The notes beneath the pieces were generated by a model that searched no databases, was not told the origin of the DNA, and saw only the letters and a list, made by a program, of their open reading frames with translations. The position numbers and the translations under genes are program-made. This document shows, piece after piece, positions 58,023 through 64,000 of a stretch of 64,000 nucleotides of DNA (position 1 is the first letter of the stretch; every line of letters starts with the position of its first letter). The DNA is taken from positions 985 to 64,984 of the forward strand of contig CACECR010000001.1 of the NCBI GenBank assembly GCA_902558105.1, read 5' to 3'. Source of the DNA: an uncultured Candidatus Marinamargulisbacteria bacterium. GTDB taxonomy: Bacteria; Margulisbacteria; Marinamargulisbacteria; UBA817; CACECR01.

Positions 58023-59252
58023 ATGAAGTTCCAGACACGTGCCGTTAATTCAGTTGGGCCCTCACAATTTGGTGAGACAATGCCTCCGGTCGTTCAGTCA
58101 TCTGCATTTGCGTATGAGACACCACAAGACCTAGAGGCTGTATTTGAAGGTCGTCAATTTGGTCACGTTTATTCTCGAATTTCAAACCCAACCGTAAGTT
58201 CATTAGAACAAAAATTAACACAACTTGAACAAGGTCGTGGGTCTGTGGCGGTGGCATCTGGAATGGCCGCTGTTCATGCTGTTTGCTTAGCTCTTGCCAA
58301 GTCAGGTGACTCAATTGTGGTTTCTACCAGTTTATTTGGTGGAACCTATTTGTTATTTAAAGATGTGATTGAACCGTTGGGAATTACGGTTCATTATGTG
58401 GATCCTTTAGATCATCAGTCTATTAACGATTCAATTACTGAGTCTACTCGATTTGTTTTTGTAGAGGCTATTGGAAATCCTAAGCTTGATGTTCCAAATT
58501 TAAAAGAGATTGCGACTATTGCACATTCTCATAAGATTCCATTATGTGTGGATACAACGTTAGTGACACCTTATTTACTTGATGCGAAAGCTCATGGGGT
58601 TGATATTGTTGTGAGTGCGGCGACTAAGTATGTTGCACCATCTGGTACAACAGTAGGTGGGTATGTATGTGATTTGGGTAATTTCTCTTGGAAGGAAACC
58701 AAGTCGTCAGGTGTACAGGCCTTGGCTAAGCGAGCTGGTGATTTTGGGTTTATGGTTTATATTAAACAAAAAGTGGTTTCGAATGTAGGGTCTTTGTTAA
58801 ATCCGTTCAATGCCTTTATGTTATTGGTGGGTATTGAGACCTTAAGTTTACGGTTGGAGCAGCATTCTCAAACAGCATTGAAGCTGGCTCAGTTTTTACA
58901 GGCTCATTCAAAAGTGGATGTGGTTAATTATCCAGGTCTTGAATCGAATACCTCTCATATTGTTGCAAAAGAGCAATTTAATGGACGTTACTCTGGGTTA
59001 TTAACCTTACGCTTAGGTACGAAAGATAATGCATATACTTTTTTATCGGCATTAACTTTAGCTAAAAATATGACCAATATTGGGGATTCACGTACGTTAC
59101 TGATTCATCCAGCTACCACTCTTTATAAAGATTTAACCGTTGAACAACAAGAAGCGGCGGGTGTGTTTCCTGATTTAATCAGAGTGTCTGTTGGATTAGA
59201 AGATGCCGATGATTTAATAAACGATTTTAAACAAGCTTTGGACAAACTATAG
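58023..59252 (+). CDS. metY: O-acetylhomoserine (thiol)-lyase / Cys-Met metabolism PLP enzyme
   Basis: PF01053-type layout with PLP-Lys region SATKYVAPSGTTVGG. 409 aa. Confidence 0.8.
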   Translation: MKFQTRAVNSVGPSQFGETMPPVVQSSAFAYETPQDLEAVFEGRQFGHVYSRISNPTVSSLEQKLTQLEQGRGSVAVASGMAAVHAVCLALAKSGDSIVVSTSLFGGTYLLFKDVIEPLGITVHYVDPLDHQSINDSITESTRFVFVEAIGNPKLDVPNLKEIATIAHSHKIPLCVDTTLVTPYLLDAKAHGVDIVVSAATKYVAPSGTTVGGYVCDLGNFSWKETKSSGVQALAKRAGDFGFMVYIKQKVVSNVGSLLNPFNAFMLLVGIETLSLRLEQHSQTALKLAQFLQAHSKVDVVNYPGLESNTSHIVAKEQFNGRYSGLLTLRLGTKDNAYTFLSALTLAKNMTNIGDSRTLLIHPATTLYKDLTVEQQEAAGVFPDLIRVSVGLEDADDLINDFKQALDKL

Positions 59253-59261
59253 GAGGTAATT

Positions 59262-60050
59262 ATGAATTTTACAGAAGATCAAGTTGAACGGTATTCTCGC
59301 CACATTATTTTACAAGATGTAGGTGTAGAAGGGCAGCAAAAAATTTGTGATGCTAAAGTACTTATAGTTGGAACAGGTGGACTAGGGGCTCCGGCTGCGT
59401 TATATTTAGCCGCTGCTGGTGTTGGAACATTAGGTATAATAGATGGTGATGTTGTGGATATGACGAATTTGCAACGTCAAGTGATTCATCATACCCCTGA
59501 TGTTGGTAAGCCAAAAGTATTATCGGCTAAAGAGAAAATCGCTGAAATTAACCCAGATGTTAAAGTAAATGCGATTCAAGATTTGTTGATGGCCCATAAT
59601 GCTCTTGATATTATCAAAGATTACGACTTTATTATTGATGGCACGGATAATTTTCCAGCTAAGTTTCTAGTAAATGATGCTTGTGTGATGGCTGAAAAAC
59701 CATTTTCTCATGGAGGTATTTTACGGTTTGATGGTCAAACAATGACTTACGTTCCTGGAACGGCGAGTTACCGTTGTGTCTTTAAAGAGCCACCTCCACC
59801 TAATGCGGTACCTACCTGTAGTCAAGCGGGGGTATTCGGTGCCATTGCTGGAATGTTAGGAACCATTCAAGCTGCTGAAGCGTTAAAATATATTATTGGA
59901 AAAGGTGACTTATTAACGAATCGTTTATTGATTTTTGATGCCTTAAAAATGAACTTTAGAACGGTTAATGTGAAGCCAAATCCAGAACGATTAAAAATAG
60001 ATAAGTTGGTTGATTTTGATCAAGCAGTTTGTGATATTAAAAAGGACTAG
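59262..60050 (+). CDS. E1-like adenylyltransferase (ThiF/MoeB/HcyF family) without a rhodanese domain
   Basis: RHIILQDVGVEGQQKI..VLIVGTGGLGAPAALYLAAAGVG nucleotide-binding motif. 262 aa. AGGAGG SD. Confidence 0.85.
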   Translation: MNFTEDQVERYSRHIILQDVGVEGQQKICDAKVLIVGTGGLGAPAALYLAAAGVGTLGIIDGDVVDMTNLQRQVIHHTPDVGKPKVLSAKEKIAEINPDVKVNAIQDLLMAHNALDIIKDYDFIIDGTDNFPAKFLVNDACVMAEKPFSHGGILRFDGQTMTYVPGTASYRCVFKEPPPPNAVPTCSQAGVFGAIAGMLGTIQAAEALKYIIGKGDLLTNRLLIFDALKMNFRTVNVKPNPERLKIDKLVDFDQAVCDIKKD

Positions 60051-60457
60051 TGATGAGTGAACAATTAGTAATTGATGAATCAGTTTATAAGGAAATAATT
60101 GCCCACTCGTTTGAGTTAAAGCCTATAGAATCTTGTGGCTATTTGGCGGGTAAAAATAACCATATTACCAAGTTATATAAGATGGTTAATATTGATAATG
60201 AGCCAGATCATTTTTCTTTTGAGCCGAAAGAGCAATTTGCTGTTTTAAAAGATTCAAGGGCCAATGATTTACAGTTGCTTTCTGTTTATCACTCTCATCC
60301 GGAGTCTCCGGCACGTCCATCTCAGGAAGATTTACGTTTACTCAAAGATCCAAATATGATTTATGTTATCGTATCACTTGAACATGATACGCCTGATTTA
60401 AAAGCTTATCGTATTGTAGATAGTGAGGTATCAGAACTCACTGTATCTATTAAATAA
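60050..60457 (+). CDS. JAMM/MPN+ metalloprotease (Mec+/HcyD-like)
   Basis: E..CG.L.G and HSHPESPARPSQEDL (HxHx7Sx2D JAMM motif). 135 aa. Confidence 0.8.
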   Translation: MMSEQLVIDESVYKEIIAHSFELKPIESCGYLAGKNNHITKLYKMVNIDNEPDHFSFEPKEQFAVLKDSRANDLQLLSVYHSHPESPARPSQEDLRLLKDPNMIYVIVSLEHDTPDLKAYRIVDSEVSELTVSIK

Positions 60458-60469
60458 AGGAGAGAAAAG

Positions 60470-62818
60470 ATGCCTCTAACGTTTTATAAAAACTCTGACA
60501 CCTTAATTGCCGAACAAGATCAATTTGAAAAAGATATTGCGGAATTTGTTAATGGGGATATGGATCCTGTAAAATTTAAAGCCTTTCGTGTGGCGCATGG
60601 TGTGTATGAACAACGACAATTAGATACTTACATGATCCGTATTCGTTGCGCGGCGGGTGGAATTACACCTCGACAGTTACGTAAAGTTGCTGAATTAGCC
60701 GCAAAGTACGGATCTAATGAGGTTCATTTTACAACACGTCAAGAAGTTCAGGTTCATGATGTGGTAATCGAAAATGTAATGAATGTGATTCGTGGATTAA
60801 ACGAGGTTGAATTAAGTTCTCGTGGTGGTGGGGGTAATACCATTCGTAATATTTTAACGTCACCAGATTCAGGAATTGCGCCTAATGAAACGTTTGATGT
60901 GGATCCTTATGCGGTTGCGTTAACTACACGTATGATAAGTGAGGATGATTCTTGGAATTTACCACGTAAATTTAAAATTGCGATGTCTAATAGTAAAGAA
61001 GATACGGCCTATACACAGGCTACATGTTTAGGGTTTGTTGCTGTTGAAAAAGATGGTCAACAAGGGTTTGAAGTTTATTGTGCAGGTGGAATGGGTGCTA
61101 AACCAATGGTAGGACATCAGTTATTAGATTTTGTACCAGAATCTAAGGTTTATCATGTAACTAAGGCATTAAAAATTATGTTCGATAAACATGGTAACCG
61201 TCGATCAAAGTTTTCATCTCGAATTAAGTTTTTATGGAAGAAATTAGATCGAGAAGAGTTTGTGTCATTATTTAGAGAAGAATATGACAAAATTAAAGAT
61301 GATGAGTCATTAAATTTAAGTTTAGAAACTATTCCTAATGGGTATCAAGCAGCTGATATTCCAGTGGAAGTGGTGGATTCTTCTGATTATGATTTATGGA
61401 AAACTCGTTATGTATTCCCACAAAAGCAAGAAGGCTTAGTATCCATTAAAATTCCATTGCAATTAGGTGACTTATTGCGTGAAGATGCGGATAGTTTATG
61501 TGATTTTTTAGAGAAGATGGGTGAAAATACCATTCGATGTGATCGTGCACAAAATATGAGGCTTCGTAATATTCCTGAAAAGTATTTAGGAAATCTATAT
61601 AATGTGTTAAGTCGTTTAGGAATGACACTAATTGATTATGCTCCTTTTATTGGTAATATGATTAATTGTACAGGTGCTCAAACTTGTAAGTTAGGAATTT
61701 GTTTGCCACGTGGTCTTTCAGATGCGATTAGAGACCGTTTAGAGGTGAGTGATTTAGATTTAGATTCCATTACGGATTTTCGTTTAAATATGTCTGGATG
61801 TCCTAATACTTGTGGGATGCATCATATTGCTAATCTTGGATTTTTTGGAAAGGTGGGTCGTGTTGATGGTGATATGTATCCTGCATATAACGTTTTAGCT
61901 GGAGCTACAACAGGTGCTGGAACTACCACTTATGCGGTGAGACAAGGTGATATACCGGCTCATTTTATACCTGATTTTACATATGATTTCCTAAAAGTTT
62001 GGATTGAGCGTAAAAAAGATGAAACTTATGAGTCGTATAATCACTTTTTAGATGAAGAGGGTAATGTCTTAATTAAAGAGTTATGTGCTAAATATAAAGT
62101 TGTACCTGCTTTTTCTGAAGATCCTAAGTTTTATACGGATTTTGGTGCTAAAGCACGTTTATCACTTGATGAAATTGGTACAGCGGAATGTTCGGCTGGA
62201 TTATTTGATATGATCGATGTTGATAAAAAGTCTATTAAGACAAATATTAAGGCTTTAAATGCTGGGGAAGGTGATGAACAAGATGTGTTATATAATATTT
62301 TGTTTGCAGCATCTCGTATGTTACTAATTACGCGTGGTTTAGATGTTAAAGACGATGTTCAAGCGTTTAAATTATTCCAAAAGCATTTTGTAACTACTAA
62401 CCTTGTCGATTCTTCATATGAGGATTTAGTCCGGTTAGGTGAAGATCAAAATAAAACCGTATTACCTACCCATAAAGATAGAATCTTAAAGTTAGCAGAA
62501 GATGTGAATGCTCTTTATTCAAATATGGACGATTCTTTACGTTTTAAAACTGAAAGTGGAGACGTGATTGAAGAAACTGCGGCATCTGAAGTTATTAAAG
62601 TGCAGGAGCATGATTTTAGAGGTGTCGGGTGTCCGATGAATTTTGTTAAAACAAAACTTGTTTTAGCTACAATGCAGTCTTCTGAACATCTTAAAATTTT
62701 ATTAGATGACGGTGAACCTATACAAAATGTTCCTAATTCTGTTCAGTTAGAAGGTCATAAAGTACTTTCTAAAACAAAAGTGGACGCTTATTGGGAAGTG
62801 TTAATTCAAAAGGCATAA
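60470..62818 (+). CDS. Sulfite reductase (ferredoxin/CysI-type hemoprotein) fused to a C-terminal TusA-like domain
   Basis: Nitrite/sulfite reductase repeats with siroheme-[4Fe-4S] Cys clusters (CTGAQTCKLGIC, SGCPNTCGMHH). C-terminal ~75 aa carry the TusA CPxP-type motif DFRGVGCPMNFVKTK. 782 aa. Confidence 0.8.
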   Translation: MPLTFYKNSDTLIAEQDQFEKDIAEFVNGDMDPVKFKAFRVAHGVYEQRQLDTYMIRIRCAAGGITPRQLRKVAELAAKYGSNEVHFTTRQEVQVHDVVIENVMNVIRGLNEVELSSRGGGGNTIRNILTSPDSGIAPNETFDVDPYAVALTTRMISEDDSWNLPRKFKIAMSNSKEDTAYTQATCLGFVAVEKDGQQGFEVYCAGGMGAKPMVGHQLLDFVPESKVYHVTKALKIMFDKHGNRRSKFSSRIKFLWKKLDREEFVSLFREEYDKIKDDESLNLSLETIPNGYQAADIPVEVVDSSDYDLWKTRYVFPQKQEGLVSIKIPLQLGDLLREDADSLCDFLEKMGENTIRCDRAQNMRLRNIPEKYLGNLYNVLSRLGMTLIDYAPFIGNMINCTGAQTCKLGICLPRGLSDAIRDRLEVSDLDLDSITDFRLNMSGCPNTCGMHHIANLGFFGKVGRVDGDMYPAYNVLAGATTGAGTTTYAVRQGDIPAHFIPDFTYDFLKVWIERKKDETYESYNHFLDEEGNVLIKELCAKYKVVPAFSEDPKFYTDFGAKARLSLDEIGTAECSAGLFDMIDVDKKSIKTNIKALNAGEGDEQDVLYNILFAASRMLLITRGLDVKDDVQAFKLFQKHFVTTNLVDSSYEDLVRLGEDQNKTVLPTHKDRILKLAEDVNALYSNMDDSLRFKTESGDVIEETAASEVIKVQEHDFRGVGCPMNFVKTKLVLATMQSSEHLKILLDDGEPIQNVPNSVQLEGHKVLSKTKVDAYWEVLIQKA

Positions 62819-62819
62819 G

Positions 62820-63044
62820 ATGATCGAACAAAAACGGAGAAGTATTGCAAAAGCCTTTTCTTGGCGAATTACAGCTACGGCAACGACGACCGTTATCTCT
62901 TATTTGATAACGGGTAGTATTGCTTCGGCCATGAAAATTGGTGCTTTTGAAGCGGTTGCTAAAATGGGGCTTTATTACTTTCATGAACGTGGGTGGTCTA
63001 AAATTAAGTTTGGTCTTCAACAACCGATGGATTATCAAATTTAA
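62820..63044 (+). CDS. DUF2061-like small membrane protein
   Basis: 74 aa with two hydrophobic helices. This family is commonly linked to sulfate-assimilation genes. Confidence 0.45.
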   Translation: MIEQKRRSIAKAFSWRITATATTTVISYLITGSIASAMKIGAFEAVAKMGLYYFHERGWSKIKFGLQQPMDYQI

Positions 63045-63052
63045 GGATTTTT

Positions 63053-63763
63053 ATGAACGACTTAGTGGCGAAATTGAATAATGAATGGCAGAACTTAACA
63101 CCTGTAGAGGTGTTAAGTCAGGCTGTTGAACTATTTGGTTCGGGTCTTACTCTAGCGTCAAGTTTAGGGTCTGAGGATCAGGTATTATCTCATATGCTGA
63201 ATAAAGTCTCTGACATTGGTGATGTCTTTGTGTTAGATACAGGACGCCTGAATAACGAAACGTATGACGTTTTGTCAAATTCTCAAAAAGAGTTTTCGCT
63301 AAACTATCGTATTTTTTATCCAGAGTCTCAGGCCATTGAGTCGTATGTGATGACGCATGGTGTGAATGCATTTTATGATGATGTGGCGCTAAGAAAGTTG
63401 TGTTGTGAGATACGTAAAGTTAAGCCGCTTCAACGTGCGTTATCTGGGTATAAAGCATGGATTACGGGTATACGTCGAGCTCAGTCTGTTACAAGAATGT
63501 CAGCTGAGTTAGTAGAATGGGATGATGCTTATCAAATGATTAAAGTGAACCCCTTAGTGATGTGGTCGAAAAAGCAAGTATGGACTTATATTAAAGATCA
63601 TAAGGTTCCGTATAATGCGCTACATGATTTAGGATTTGCGTCGATCGGCTGTGCTCCTTGTACGCGTGCCATTGAAGCCGGCGAAGATGAGCGTGCTGGA
63701 AGATGGTGGTGGGAGTCCCCTGAGCATAAAGAATGTGGTTTACACGTCAAAGGATCTTCGTGA
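63053..63763 (+). CDS. cysH: Phosphoadenosine/adenosine phosphosulfate reductase
   Basis: PP-loop region, CC..RKVKPL, SIGCAPCT and C-terminal ECGLH motifs (Fe-S type APS/PAPS reductase). Confidence 0.85.
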   Translation: MNDLVAKLNNEWQNLTPVEVLSQAVELFGSGLTLASSLGSEDQVLSHMLNKVSDIGDVFVLDTGRLNNETYDVLSNSQKEFSLNYRIFYPESQAIESYVMTHGVNAFYDDVALRKLCCEIRKVKPLQRALSGYKAWITGIRRAQSVTRMSAELVEWDDAYQMIKVNPLVMWSKKQVWTYIKDHKVPYNALHDLGFASIGCAPCTRAIEAGEDERAGRWWWESPEHKECGLHVKGSS

Positions 63764-64000
63764 TGAAATATATAGTGTTTTTAAATATATTAATAAGTGT
63801 ATTTTTTTCAATAACAGTTAGTGCGTATCCAAAAGTTACAGTGGATACTCCTGTTGTCTATATTGAAGTTGACCCTAAGCCAGATACAACAGTCAAAAGA
63901 AGAGGTGCTAAAAACTCTAATAGAGCTCACTTTTATGATGAGGCTTACTATGAATTGAATTATTTGAGATTTCGAGTTCGGTTGTTAGAACAAGCGGTGA
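63764..64000 (+). CDS. Partial ORF (5' end only) encoding a signal-peptide protein, truncated by the window edge
   Basis: ATG at 63764 overlaps the cysH stop. MKYIVFLNILISVFFSITVSAYP is a signal-peptide-like N-terminus, and the frame stays open to the end of the window. Confidence 0.35.

Noticed and set aside
1-64000. CRISPR arrays, IS elements, prophage, toxin-antitoxin or restriction-modification modules
   Set aside because: No regularly spaced direct repeats, no transposase, integrase or recombinase ORFs, and no REase, MTase or TA-like small gene pairs were recognisable. The only tandem repeats are the 9-bp promoter repeat and coding Thr/Ser repeats.

Overview
This 64 kb window comes from an AT-rich (about 35% GC) diderm bacterium. 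The evidence for an outer membrane is LpxB, HemJ, OMP-like barrels ending in Phe, and lipoproteins. Nearly every gene has a strong Shine-Dalgarno site, and sigma-54 is present. I cannot fix the taxonomy from sequence alone. Most of the window is densely packed core chromosome: dnaX-ybaB-recR, tmk, dapB, asd, proC-yggT, tsaD-rpoN, htpG, coaBC-rpoZ-gmk, cinA, tRNA-His, mgtE, recO, tpiA, icd, pyk, rsmH, def, dcd, lpxB, purHNM and ruvX. I found no CRISPR array, IS element, integrase or phage module.

The clearest multi-gene system is at the 3' end (56.4-63.8 kb). It is an Rrf2-regulated sulfur-assimilation operon built around a ThiS/MoaD-like sulfur-carrier protein. The carrier ends in GG followed by two extra residues (AQ). 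It sits with an E1-like adenylyltransferase that lacks a rhodanese domain, a JAMM/MPN protease, MetY and CysK sulfhydrylases, and a sulfite reductase carrying a C-terminal TusA-like domain. DUF2061 and APS/PAPS reductase follow. This resembles the Wolinella HcyS-HcyD-HcyF and mycobacterial CysO-MoeZ-Mec+ pathways, but the Sir-TusA fusion gives it an unusual architecture.

Other notable points:
- A 660-aa polytopic membrane protein has the scaffold of membrane-integral H+/Na+-pyrophosphatases but degenerate catalytic Asp/Lys motifs, so it is a candidate pseudo-enzyme.
- An 830-aa protein has a eukaryote-like mucin architecture: globular N-domain, Ser/Thr-rich stalk, one TM helix, and a tail with NPxY and YxxPhi motifs. 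A lipoprotein gene follows it, and the lipoprotein's promoter region holds a 9-bp tandem repeat.
- A small secreted protein carries a T9SS-type C-terminal sorting domain.
- A zinc-ribbon-DnaQ exonuclease fusion is present.
- An ORF of unknown function is translationally coupled to htpG.
- A Ycf45/SpoIIIAA-like ATPase sits between recR and tmk.
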